This document shows positions 17,946 to 26,814 of a stretch of DNA of 64,000 nucleotides, in pieces (within the stretch, counting starts at the first letter, position 1; every line of letters begins with the position of its first letter). The DNA lies in contig CAYSWC010000001.1 of assembly GCA_964434715.1 (NCBI GenBank), forward strand, positions 35,037 through 99,036. The letters run 5' to 3'. The notes beneath the pieces are model-generated. The model was given only the letters and a program-made list of their open reading frames with translations, had not been told where the DNA came from and searched no databases. Origin of the DNA: an uncultured Candidatus Saccharibacteria bacterium. GTDB lineage: Bacteria; Patescibacteriota; Minisyncoccia; UBA6257; 1-14-0-10-40-38. A program made the translations under genes and the position numbers.

Positions 17946-17981
17946 TGTGGATAACTTAGTTTAGTAGCTGAACAAGTAGGT

Positions 17982-20147
17982 TTAGAGCTCGTCTAGAATT
18001 TTTTGATAGGGTTCTGGATTAGGCGCTACCTTAATTATTTGTAGAAGTATGGCTTTAGCTTTTTGCGACGCACCAGCCCTCATATAGAGACCAGCAATTC
18101 GATCCAAAGCATTAATATAATTGCCCAAAGCACGGCCTGCCATTCGAGCACTAGCTCCCAACCTTAATTGATCAAGCTCATTAATTGAAGCTGCCACTAA
18201 ATCATCGCGCCCAATTAATACACCCATCAGAGCCTTCACGGTATAGGGCTCTGGGTTATTGGGCTCGAGCGCAATCGCCTGATCTAGGAGTTCAAACGCC
18301 TTAGGAATTTCCTGGCTACGGAGATAATTTTCCGACAAGACTAAATAAATCTGCTGTTTCTTGGGACTCAACTCTAAAGCGGACTGCAGGTGGTCGCGGC
18401 CCTTAAAAAGAAAATTTCCTTCCACGGCGCTCGCATTTTGGTAGAAAGTGCCAAGCATAAGCTGCACCCTGATGTCTTTGGGAAATTTTTCTAGATAATC
18501 TTCGGCTCGGGAAGCGGCAAAATTAATAAAACTTAATTTATTCTCGGTGGGGAAATCTTGTCCGACAAGCAAATCACCTACCCTCAAAAGCTGTTCAATA
18601 GTTTCCGTGTTGCCAAAAGTATTAAAGCCGAGGGTTTCTTTAAATGACTCAATGGTACTGCCGATTGGGTCGGTAGTATTGGTGGTAGCCTGTAACGATT
18701 TGATGATCCCGCGCGCCTGCTGCCAGGGTCTCACATTCACAAAATAGATCACGCTTACGGCGACTGCGACTGCAAGGCCGGTTACGACAATTGAGGTGGC
18801 AAAACTTTTGTTGGCAACCGTGCTGGTCTTATCGGTTTGGCCGTGATGACCAACGGTTTCTCTGCTTAAATTATTTACATAAGCCAAAAGGGTGAAGAAA
18901 ATTACATAAGTGTTGAAATTATCAAAAACAAAAATATTTTGAATAAAGTAGGCAATTGGCAAAACCAATAAAATTAATCCCTCTTTTTTGAGGATGACAT
19001 TGCGCTTCAAAATCTCTTTAAGACTCACGTAGAAGACTACAAAAATTGATATGTAAGCGATGAATCCTAAGAGACCAGCGCTAATGAGCCAGTCAAAAAC
19101 AATGTTGTGGGCCCGATCAAACCAAGGCTCCTGATCGTAGAGCCGCGGATCAAAATATTTGGAGAAAACCCTAATATAATTTTCCTGGCCCCAGCCCAAA
19201 AGCGGACGTTCTTTGAAGCCCTCAAAACTCATATTCCAAATCATGAAACGGGATCTCACGGTTGTTTCCCCAAAAGAAATGGAGGCGAATCGTGAGAGCA
19301 CGTCGCTTTCCTGAATAAACCGGGAATCTTTAAAAAACCAAAAGACGATTGGTAAAAGGATTAAAACAATCAAAGTTCCCAGCGCGATTTTTTTGTAAAG
19401 TTTTTCTCGGTTATCCACGCCTTTAAAGAGTAGAAGATAAAGGATCAAAAACAGCGGCAGCGAAACCAAAAGCGCCAAAGCAATGCCGCGGCTCGCTGTA
19501 AAATACATGATGATAAGGCTGAAAAGAATAGCGGCGCCGTATAAATATTTCAAAAAGAGGCGCCGAGCATTTAAAAAAAGAATTCCGGTAAGAGCGATAA
19601 TCAGTAATAAGTAAGCGGCCAGGTATGTCGGGTTGCCGATGGTGCCGTCAATCCTCACGTCACCGCCCTGAATCGCTTCTTTAAGCCCAAAAACTTGGAG
19701 CATGCCGTAGCCGCCAACGAGTATCCCGGCAATCAAAAAAATGTTAAAAAACATAAGCCAGTCCTTTTTGGTTCGGAAAACGCTCGTGAGCATCAAAAAA
19801 TAAGCCACCAAATGCAAAATCATCAAGTATCCTTCCATACGCTCATAGCGAGACCAAAAGCTGTGATAAGGATCAACGCCTAGCATATCAGCCAAGCCGA
19901 CAACGACTGTAAAAATAACCAACGCCCAAAGGAGTAAGCTCCGCCTCGGCCGGTAGCTTTTATCCAAAAAAATAAGGCCGATCCAGAGAGCTAAGGCTAG
20001 CTCTACCAAAATTCTAAAACCGAAATTTCTGCCGGTGATGTAGGGGAAGTAGAGCGACCGGGCAATCCATAAAGATAAAAATGGGATGACAAAAATAAGG
20101 AGCTTAATGCCCCAGGTATAAAAATTAGTAAGCGATCTAGGATTCAT
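17982..20147 (-). CDS. O-antigen ligase/polymerase-like membrane protein with C-terminal TPR repeats
   Basis: 721 aa. The N-terminal ~430 aa are polytopic (Wzy_C-like). The C-terminal ~250 aa show a TPR-like helical repeat pattern. Confidence 0.7.
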   Translation of the reverse strand: MNPRSLTNFYTWGIKLLIFVIPFLSLWIARSLYFPYITGRNFGFRILVELALALWIGLIFLDKSYRPRRSLLLWALVIFTVVVGLADMLGVDPYHSFWSRYERMEGYLMILHLVAYFLMLTSVFRTKKDWLMFFNIFLIAGILVGGYGMLQVFGLKEAIQGGDVRIDGTIGNPTYLAAYLLLIIALTGILFLNARRLFLKYLYGAAILFSLIIMYFTASRGIALALLVSLPLFLILYLLLFKGVDNREKLYKKIALGTLIVLILLPIVFWFFKDSRFIQESDVLSRFASISFGETTVRSRFMIWNMSFEGFKERPLLGWGQENYIRVFSKYFDPRLYDQEPWFDRAHNIVFDWLISAGLLGFIAYISIFVVFYVSLKEILKRNVILKKEGLILLVLPIAYFIQNIFVFDNFNTYVIFFTLLAYVNNLSRETVGHHGQTDKTSTVANKSFATSIVVTGLAVAVAVSVIYFVNVRPWQQARGIIKSLQATTNTTDPIGSTIESFKETLGFNTFGNTETIEQLLRVGDLLVGQDFPTENKLSFINFAASRAEDYLEKFPKDIRVQLMLGTFYQNASAVEGNFLFKGRDHLQSALELSPKKQQIYLVLSENYLRSQEIPKAFELLDQAIALEPNNPEPYTVKALMGVLIGRDDLVAASINELDQLRLGASARMAGRALGNYINALDRIAGLYMRAGASQKAKAILLQIIKVAPNPEPYQKILDEL

Positions 20148-20243
20148 GACAATGACTATGTGACTAATGACGCTAAGGCTAATTTAAGTATACGGGGTTG
20201 ACTATAACATACCTTCGGCCATTGTCATAGTCATAATCAAGGA

Positions 20244-21182
20244 TCATTGTTTAGTTCGGTGCTTTTTCCTTTTTTCGATCAATTCCAGTTCGTTAATATG
20301 TTTACTCACATCCTCGATGGTTAAGCCTTGCTCGCCTAAAATTTTCTCATTAAAACGCCAATCGGCTGAAATAAGTTCGTAGATGTCTTTAAGATCGTAT
20401 TTTTTGACAAGGGCCATAAAAGCGGCTGTGTCTTTTGGAAAACAAAATCCGCCCCACCCGGAATAACCGCCGTGGTTCACATCCAAATGAGAATCCCCGA
20501 TCCGGTGGTCAGCAGCCATGGCGCGGCGCACGTTTTCATAATCAGCGCCTAATTTGGCCGAGGCCAGCGCGAGCGCGTTTGCCCAATTGACTTTACGGAC
20601 AAAATGGAGATTGCCGGCGTATTTTACAAATTCAGCTTCGGTAGCAGTAAGACGAATTGGCTGATAAGTCCCTAATCCCCAAGGCGACATAAAAGGCGCT
20701 TTGGGTAAGAGCCCTAAAACAATATTGGCGGCATCAATGCTCTTTTTGGTAAAACCCACGATTTGGCGATCAGGACGAATCATATCTTCCCAAGCGCGGG
20801 ATTCGGTCAAAAACTCCGGATTGAATAAAAATTGATGTTTGGGGTATTTTTTTTGAAAATATTCGGTGGTACCGGGCGGAATGGTGGATTTAATTACTAA
20901 AATCTTGCTTTGATTGCCGTTTGCGGAAATTTTCTTGATCGCGCCCTCCACGATTGAAGTGTCACAGGCGCCGTTTTTGGGATTGCGCGGCGTGGGCAAC
21001 GTTAAGAAAACGACATCCGCTTGACTCACATCATCAAAATAATTTTTCTTGACATCAATGTCGTACAAAAAAAGATTTTTACCGCGCTGATAACCTAATT
21101 CTTCTTCAAACCAGCGCTTTAAGGGCGCGCCCACCATACCGATGCCCACGATACCGATCTTGGATTTCTTAGAAGTTGCCAT
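20244..21182 (-). CDS. UDP-glucose/GDP-mannose dehydrogenase-family protein (short form)
   Basis: 312 aa with a Rossmann GIGMVG and the catalytic motif GGFCFPKD. The C-terminal domain is shorter than in canonical Ugd. Confidence 0.7.
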   Translation of the reverse strand: MATSKKSKIGIVGIGMVGAPLKRWFEEELGYQRGKNLFLYDIDVKKNYFDDVSQADVVFLTLPTPRNPKNGACDTSIVEGAIKKISANGNQSKILVIKSTIPPGTTEYFQKKYPKHQFLFNPEFLTESRAWEDMIRPDRQIVGFTKKSIDAANIVLGLLPKAPFMSPWGLGTYQPIRLTATEAEFVKYAGNLHFVRKVNWANALALASAKLGADYENVRRAMAADHRIGDSHLDVNHGGYSGWGGFCFPKDTAAFMALVKKYDLKDIYELISADWRFNEKILGEQGLTIEDVSKHINELELIEKRKKHRTKQ

Positions 21183-21260
21183 ATTTATCCTATGTTAAGT
21201 GAGCTAATTTAAAAAATCAAACTCATTGGCCAAGCTAAAAGTTTCTCTTAAATAAATGAT

Positions 21261-21500
21261 CGCACCGCAAGCGGTGAGGTATCACGGATTATATGACCCC
21301 AGCACCAATTTTGCGGGATGGTATATGGCGAAGCGCTTCGCCCATTAAGGAATGTGCCTATTCGGCACACGCGCTTCGCCCAAAATTATCATGTCTTTTG
21401 ATAAGAACGTTACTTTCGCAAACTACCAAAGCAAAATTGGTGCGGGGTTATTTTTATCTTTTTATCGTATCCCCGCAGCAAAGCTGCGGGGTATTGTAGA
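21261..21500. other. structured GC-rich intergenic element (candidate cis-regulatory RNA or MITE)
   Basis: An 18-bp inverted repeat CCCCAGCACCAATTTTGC (21297) / GCAAAATTGGTGCGGGG (21431) encloses the 16-bp perfect palindrome GGCGAAGCGCTTCGCC and the hairpins GTGCC..GGCAC and CCCCGCAGC-AAA-GCTGCGGGG. Alternative pairings are possible. Confidence 0.35.
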
Positions 21501-21513
21501 TAAAAATAAAAAT

Positions 21514-21556
21514 GGCCCCGCCTAGATTTTTGCTCTGCAAAAACCTCGGCGGGGCC
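21514..21556 (-). terminator. rho-independent terminator (GGCCCCGCC...GGCGGGGCC followed by ATTTTTATTTTT on the minus strand)
   Basis: Stem plus U-run directly downstream of the GC-rich GT-B gene stop. Confidence 0.5.
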
Positions 21557-21591
21557 GGTTGCCCAGTTGCTAAAGAACGAGATGAAAACTG

Positions 21592-22776
21592 TCAGGCGGC
21601 GCGGGTAGCGCTTGCCGCCTCGGAGATCGCCTCGGCGATCCGAGGCGCCGCTGGTTCGGCCGAGTATCTCTCCTTTCCCCGCCTCGCCAGCTCACGGATT
21701 GGAGCGAGCCGCAGAATGGGCAAAGCCGCGATGTAGGCCCAGAGTTGTTCCCGGCTGGTGCAGACATCGGCGGTGCCGTCAGCGACAAAGTCAAACTCCC
21801 CGACCTTGATGCCGCTGCCAGCCAACTTGGCCAGGTTGAGCGGGGTGGCCACGATCACCTGCGGGATGCCGCCGTAGACCGCGGTCCAGGTTTCGGTCGA
21901 GCCCGGCCCCATGACGATCAAGTCGGCTGCCGCCATCCGACGCTGGGAGTCGGTCTCGGCGTTTCGGAAGACGGGTTCAGGGATGTGCCGCACCAGGCTG
22001 CCGTCGAGTCGGGCGAGCACCGGGTCGTAGGGAGCCGAAGGCCTGGCAACCCACGTGCCCTTGGTTGGGCCCGGCGCATAGGGAGCATCCGGATCCTTGG
22101 GGTGGAAAGTGGAGATGAAAACGAGATTCCTCGCTTCGCTCCGGAGAAATCCTTCCACTACCGGTTCGAGCGCTTCGAGCACCCGGTCACGATCAGCGCC
22201 GCAGTTGAAGAGAAACGCGATCTCATTCCGACCGATGCCGAGCTTGGCGCGGGAGCTGACTCGGACTCCTTCCCAGTCCCAGTTGGGGAGATCGTCGTAG
22301 AAGCCGGAACCCACGACTTGGACTCGCCTTGTCGATCGATCTTCGACCACTCGAGCGGTCATACGGTCAAACATGAGAAGCGTGAGCAGTTCCCGACTCC
22401 CCGGATGAGCCGAAAGCTCCTCGGTCCAGCGTGCCACGCCCGAGTAGTCGCGGTAGAGAACCACCGGGATGCCGGCATGCATGACCGCGAGGCCGTAGCG
22501 CAGTTCGAGGCCAGTCCACTTCGGGTTGTCTCGCTCGAAAGCGCTGGCGCCCACGAGCACCACGTCCGGTCGGAAGTCGGCGATGACGCCTGCCGGATCT
22601 GCCTCGGCCGTGAGACATTCACGCCCGGCAGCCGTAAGACTACTCAAGGCCACGTCCGAAGCCACGAACTTGAGCGTAGCGCCGTGGTCGGCCTCGAGGA
22701 TCCCCAGTGAACGTTTCAAGGCGTTCACTGTTCCTGCCATCTCCAAAACTACCAAGATCCGCAATCCTTGCCGCAC
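21592..22776 (-). CDS. GT-B fold TagF-like (CDP-alcohol phosphotransferase-like) protein, GC-rich xenologue
   Basis: 394 aa at about 62% GC. Motif blocks (NEIAFLFNCGADRD, LVFISTFHPKD, DLIVMGPGSTE...GIPQVIV) are shared with the neighbouring 22909 ORF and the three 455-aa TagF-like ORFs. Opposite-strand ORFs are GC artefacts. Confidence 0.5.
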   Translation of the reverse strand: MRQGLRILVVLEMAGTVNALKRSLGILEADHGATLKFVASDVALSSLTAAGRECLTAEADPAGVIADFRPDVVLVGASAFERDNPKWTGLELRYGLAVMHAGIPVVLYRDYSGVARWTEELSAHPGSRELLTLLMFDRMTARVVEDRSTRRVQVVGSGFYDDLPNWDWEGVRVSSRAKLGIGRNEIAFLFNCGADRDRVLEALEPVVEGFLRSEARNLVFISTFHPKDPDAPYAPGPTKGTWVARPSAPYDPVLARLDGSLVRHIPEPVFRNAETDSQRRMAAADLIVMGPGSTETWTAVYGGIPQVIVATPLNLAKLAGSGIKVGEFDFVADGTADVCTSREQLWAYIAALPILRLAPIRELARRGKERYSAEPAAPRIAEAISEAASATRAA

Positions 22777-22908
22777 TGCCTTTTCCTCCTAAAAACAAAG
22801 AGCTCTTGAGCTAAACCCCTGTGGTTTAGCATCTCGCGTATATTAGCAGAGTATCAACTACCTGTCAAATCAGAGAAAATATCTTGGGCTCTCTGCTATA
22901 ATAAGCCC

Positions 22909-24018
22909 ATGACTAAAAAAATTCTGATCGCAGTTGACGCGCCCGGGCCAGCGGCGTTTATCGCGCCAGTGATACCGCTCCTTAAAGAGGAAAGAGGAAA
23001 GGGAAAAGTGGTAAGTGAATTAAGGATCATTACGGTTAAAGAATCGCCGACTAAAGTCCTAAAAAAATACCAGCCGCTCCAATGCGACAGTAAAAGAGAA
23101 GCCGAAAAAATCTATCGGAATTTTAACCCTGATATTCTTTTAACCGCTCCGAGTTTATTGGAGTTGGGGCCTTTTGTAATCGGACACCTTAATAAATTGG
23201 CTCGCCAAAATCAAAAAAGAATCATCGGCTTTCAGGACTTTTGGGCTAATCACCGCTGGAAAATAAATTTCAAATGGCTGAAGGCGTGGGAAGCGATCTT
23301 GGTAATTGACCAATTAGCTAAAAAGTTAATTTTAGAAGACGGCTTCAGGGGTAAGACAATAGTCACCGGCAGTCCGGCTTTTGATAAATTTCGGAGTGTA
23401 AAGGTCTTCCGCGAACGTAAACGGTTAAGAGAACTCTTTAAAATCCCGGATAAAACGGCGGTGCTAATCTATAGCGGCACCGGCACGCCCCAAAGCCATA
23501 AGGAGGATGAAATTACTTTTAAATTTCTTGCTCAAGCAGTTAGAGAATTAAAAAAGAGGCGGGAGATAATTCTTATTGTCCGACACCATCCCCGAGACGA
23601 AAACCCAAAGCGCTACCTGAAAATCTCTCCTGATCTTGAGGAGTTGGATACTTCAAGCATTGAATCAACTGATGAACTTTTGCCAATGGCTGATGCGGTT
23701 TTAGGAATGTATGCTACCAACCTGGTTCATGCCTGCTATCTAAAGATTCCGGGGATAAGCATCCTTTTGCCCCGGGGCGGCAAAAGGCGTTTGAAGAAAA
23801 TAAGATTAGACGATTTCCCTCCCAATAAGGTTGGCGCTACGGTCGGCATCTACAAAGAGTCGGTGCCGTTACTCAAAAACGTTATCGAGAAAATCTTGGA
23901 TCAACCCGTCTTTAGAGCAAAGCTCCGGCAGGCGCAAGCAAAACGTTTTCTCCTGCCTAGGACTCCCGCTGCTTTTAGAGTTGCTCAAGTAATAAGGGCT
24001 TTAATTGAGCTAAGCTAA
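22909..24018 (+). CDS. GT-B fold TagF-like (CDP-alcohol phosphotransferase-like) protein
   Basis: 369 aa at about 42% GC. Paralogous to the 21592 ORF (KTAVLIYSGTGTPQ, IILIVRHHPRDENP, DAVLGMYATNLVHACYLKIPGISILLP). Confidence 0.5.
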   Translation: MTKKILIAVDAPGPAAFIAPVIPLLKEERGKGKVVSELRIITVKESPTKVLKKYQPLQCDSKREAEKIYRNFNPDILLTAPSLLELGPFVIGHLNKLARQNQKRIIGFQDFWANHRWKINFKWLKAWEAILVIDQLAKKLILEDGFRGKTIVTGSPAFDKFRSVKVFRERKRLRELFKIPDKTAVLIYSGTGTPQSHKEDEITFKFLAQAVRELKKRREIILIVRHHPRDENPKRYLKISPDLEELDTSSIESTDELLPMADAVLGMYATNLVHACYLKIPGISILLPRGGKRRLKKIRLDDFPPNKVGATVGIYKESVPLLKNVIEKILDQPVFRAKLRQAQAKRFLLPRTPAAFRVAQVIRALIELS

Positions 24019-25146
24019 AATTTCTTCGGTAAGCGGCTCGTATTTTTTGAGCGCTCTTTTGCATTTCCGGCCAAGAACTGATTCGTATCTTTCCGAAGGC
24101 AGACCATTAGCTAATGCCTGCGGGCGCATGGCATAAACCATTTGAGCGGTAATCATTGTGCCGGCTGGAAGATCGCAACCGGCCATCAAGGATTTTCTAA
24201 AAAGCGGCCTGAAAGCCTCCTCGTCTGCTTGTAAAACTTTGGCGGGACTGCCGAGACAACTTTGGGCAAAATCGCGCTTTAAAATTTCTTCCTGTCTTAT
24301 TGGATTATTCTCAAACAAATGTACTTCCCGGACTAAAAGCTTTAGCTCTTCCGGCGTGAGCGACACTTTATGATCCGGTCCCCAGAGAGTGCGGGAAAGA
24401 GAAAAATGTTTTTCCAAAATCGTAGCTCCCAAAGAGACGGCTAAAAGCGCTGATTCAATATCGAGCGAATGATCAGAAAAACCAATGGGGAGATTATATT
24501 GCTCCCGAAAAAATTCAATGGTTTTCAGATTTAAATCTTCCTTGGGACAGGGATATTTGGAGACACAGTGAAGCAGGGCAACTTTTTCGGTCCGCTTTTT
24601 TAAAAAGCCGATCGCCTGCTCCAACTCCTCTAAAGTACTCATGCCGGAGGAAAGCAGTATCGGTTTTCCGGTTTGGCTAACAAAATCCAAAAGCGGAAAA
24701 TCCAAAATATCGCCAGAGCCGATTTTCCAAATTGGCGTTTGAACTTCCTCAAGGCGTTTGGCGGCGCCGCGGCTCATGGGCGTGGAGAAAAAAATAATGC
24801 CGATCTCATCGCAATATTTTTTAAGCGGCTGCCAAAATTCATTAACCGGGGTCGCTTTAGTACTCCGGCTAATCCAGCTGTGGCGGTCGCCGCTTTTCGA
24901 ATCGGGAAAATGCGGCGAGACAAACGGAATATTTAAAATTTCATCCTCAACATCGTGCGTTTGAAATTTAATGGCGTCTGCTCCGGCGTCTTTGGCGAGT
25001 CGCGCCAGTCTCTCCGCGTTTTCCAGATAAACCGCCACTGGCTGATCTTCTTCAGTCTCTATGAAATTCTTGCCAGCTTCGGCAACAACGAAAACGCCTC
25101 TGCCGGCTGGCGGATTGATTTTCTCCCAAATAGATTGAGGGGTCAT
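24010..25146 (-). CDS. N-acetylneuraminate synthase-family protein (NeuB/PseI/LegI-like nonulosonic acid synthase)
   Basis: 378 aa. The N-terminal TIM-barrel part (VVAEAGKNF...GADAIKFQTH) and C-terminal SAF domain are typical of NeuB-family enzymes. Confidence 0.8.
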   Translation of the reverse strand: MTPQSIWEKINPPAGRGVFVVAEAGKNFIETEEDQPVAVYLENAERLARLAKDAGADAIKFQTHDVEDEILNIPFVSPHFPDSKSGDRHSWISRSTKATPVNEFWQPLKKYCDEIGIIFFSTPMSRGAAKRLEEVQTPIWKIGSGDILDFPLLDFVSQTGKPILLSSGMSTLEELEQAIGFLKKRTEKVALLHCVSKYPCPKEDLNLKTIEFFREQYNLPIGFSDHSLDIESALLAVSLGATILEKHFSLSRTLWGPDHKVSLTPEELKLLVREVHLFENNPIRQEEILKRDFAQSCLGSPAKVLQADEEAFRPLFRKSLMAGCDLPAGTMITAQMVYAMRPQALANGLPSERYESVLGRKCKRALKKYEPLTEEILA

Positions 25147-25178
25147 TGAATAAGATAACTGATTCAGCGAATTTTGAG

Positions 25179-26084
25179 TTACCCGAAAAGAATTAATATC
25201 ACCCCAACTACGGCAACGGCAACTCCTAATAACTTACGAGTCAAATTGCGCTCTTTAAAAAATAACCATCCCCAGAAAGCGCCAAAAAGTACGCCGGTGC
25301 GTTTGATGGCGATAGTATAGGAGGCTGGACCCGCCAAGAGCGCCGAGTTGTGCAAAACACTGCTTACTCCTAAAAATAAGCCGGTTAAAACAAGAAACAA
25401 GGCTTTTGGCATTTTAAGAACCATTGGCTTTAAATTTGCTTCTTCATCACTGACTTTCTTAGTAACTAACAAGCTGCGATGTCTTACCAATAAATAAATG
25501 AAATAGCCGATGGCCATCAGGATGTTGGCCGCGGCTGGGGCAAGGAAACGATCAGAATAAAGAGTGGCGAGTTTATCAAAATTAACGCTCACCGACCATA
25601 AAAGGGCGGCCGAGACTCCCAACCAATTGCCTTTAGTAAAATTCGGCACGGGGACACCCCGCTGATTGACGCGCGTTACAATCCCAAGACCGATAGCCGT
25701 GAGGATTACTCCGATTATCCCTAACGAGGAGGGTGTCTCGCCTAAAAAAATAAAAGCCGTAATCAGGAGAAACACTGGCGTAAGTAAAATCATCGAATAA
25801 ACCGATGAAAACTCGCCAATCTCATAAGCTTTAAGCATGACAGGAAAGGTAATGAGATTTAAAACAGCGGTTACTGTTACCGCTCCCAAGAAACGGTCGT
25901 CAATTTCCGGAAAACCAAAAACGAAATAGGAAAGCAGAAAAAGAGCAAGGCCGCTGGTGCCGGTAATGATAAAAGCAATGGCAATTTTTGAATAATGAGT
26001 GAGGCTCACCGCCCATTTTGACATGGTCTGAACCCAGGAATTGGCAAGCGCTGAACCTAAAGCTAAAAGTAACCAAATAAGCAT
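25179..26084 (-). CDS. EamA/DMT-family transporter
   Basis: 301 aa with 10 TM segments in two EamA-like halves. Confidence 0.7.
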   Translation of the reverse strand: MLIWLLLALGSALANSWVQTMSKWAVSLTHYSKIAIAFIITGTSGLALFLLSYFVFGFPEIDDRFLGAVTVTAVLNLITFPVMLKAYEIGEFSSVYSMILLTPVFLLITAFIFLGETPSSLGIIGVILTAIGLGIVTRVNQRGVPVPNFTKGNWLGVSAALLWSVSVNFDKLATLYSDRFLAPAAANILMAIGYFIYLLVRHRSLLVTKKVSDEEANLKPMVLKMPKALFLVLTGLFLGVSSVLHNSALLAGPASYTIAIKRTGVLFGAFWGWLFFKERNLTRKLLGVAVAVVGVILILFG

Positions 26085-26086
26085 AG

Positions 26087-26713
26087 TTAAACTTTTTCGT
26101 GTTTAAAAATCCAAAATTTGTAAAAAAGAAAGTTCCAGATGACGACCGGCGGGGCGGCGATAACTTTGGCAATGTTTTCCCAGAGCGCCGGCGAGAGCGT
26201 CCCCGGCGGCCCCAAAATGGTGGTTAAAAAATACACTAAAGCAGTGTTTAAAGTAACGCTTACAATTGTTACGCCGGCATACTGGGAAAATTCTCCGATC
26301 TGCGGACGGGAATTTTTCTCAAACGACCAAAACTTGTGGAGAAAATAAGCGTTAGCAAGCGTGATGGAAAAAGAAATGATATTAAAAACCACGATCAAGA
26401 AGCCCGAGAAGGTCTGAGTAATAAAGCTTAATAAATTGAAAATGCCTAAGTCCATGGCGGTGGCGAGCGATCCAACGGCAAAATATTTAGTGAATTGCCA
26501 AAAATGCGGAAATTTTCTCGCGATGCGGCTACCGATAAATAATCCGAAATTGGCAAAAATGATAAAACCCAAAACTAAAGCTAAAATATTTCCGAAGTTC
26601 AAATGCCAAAAACTAGGCTGGACATTAGTAAAAATCGGAACCAAAAAAAATCCGAAGGCGAACCCGATTAAAGTAACAATACGGTAATCTCTTGTAGTAG
26701 CTAATGAATTCAT
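26087..26713 (-). CDS. GtrA-family membrane protein (tandem GtrA-like repeats)
   Basis: 208 aa with two GtrA-like units, each ending in a KFW(S/I)F motif. Confidence 0.7.
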   Translation of the reverse strand: MNSLATTRDYRIVTLIGFAFGFFLVPIFTNVQPSFWHLNFGNILALVLGFIIFANFGLFIGSRIARKFPHFWQFTKYFAVGSLATAMDLGIFNLLSFITQTFSGFLIVVFNIISFSITLANAYFLHKFWSFEKNSRPQIGEFSQYAGVTIVSVTLNTALVYFLTTILGPPGTLSPALWENIAKVIAAPPVVIWNFLFYKFWIFKHEKV

Positions 26714-26814
26714 CTATGAGTCTTTTAATAATACTTGATTGCTTTGAGATAAAAAAGAGCCGACATAAAGAAAAAGCCCCCGACAACGGTGCCGGGGGCG
26801 GGTGCGAACCTACT

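Noticed and set aside
21183-21590. Possible RNase P RNA, tmRNA or SRP RNA in the structured intergenic region
   Set aside because: Looked for hallmark motifs (GGAAAGUCCGG P4 strand, tmRNA 3' tRNA-like end with GGUUCGAUUCC, SRP GGAAGCAGCC) on both strands. None present.
21512-22792. Multiple long plus-strand and alternative-frame ORFs in the 62% GC segment (for example 21745-22710, 321 aa)
   Set aside because: High GC suppresses stop codons in all frames. Only the minus-strand 394-aa frame shows block-wise homology to the adjacent paralogue and to the TagF-like proteins, and has a terminator.
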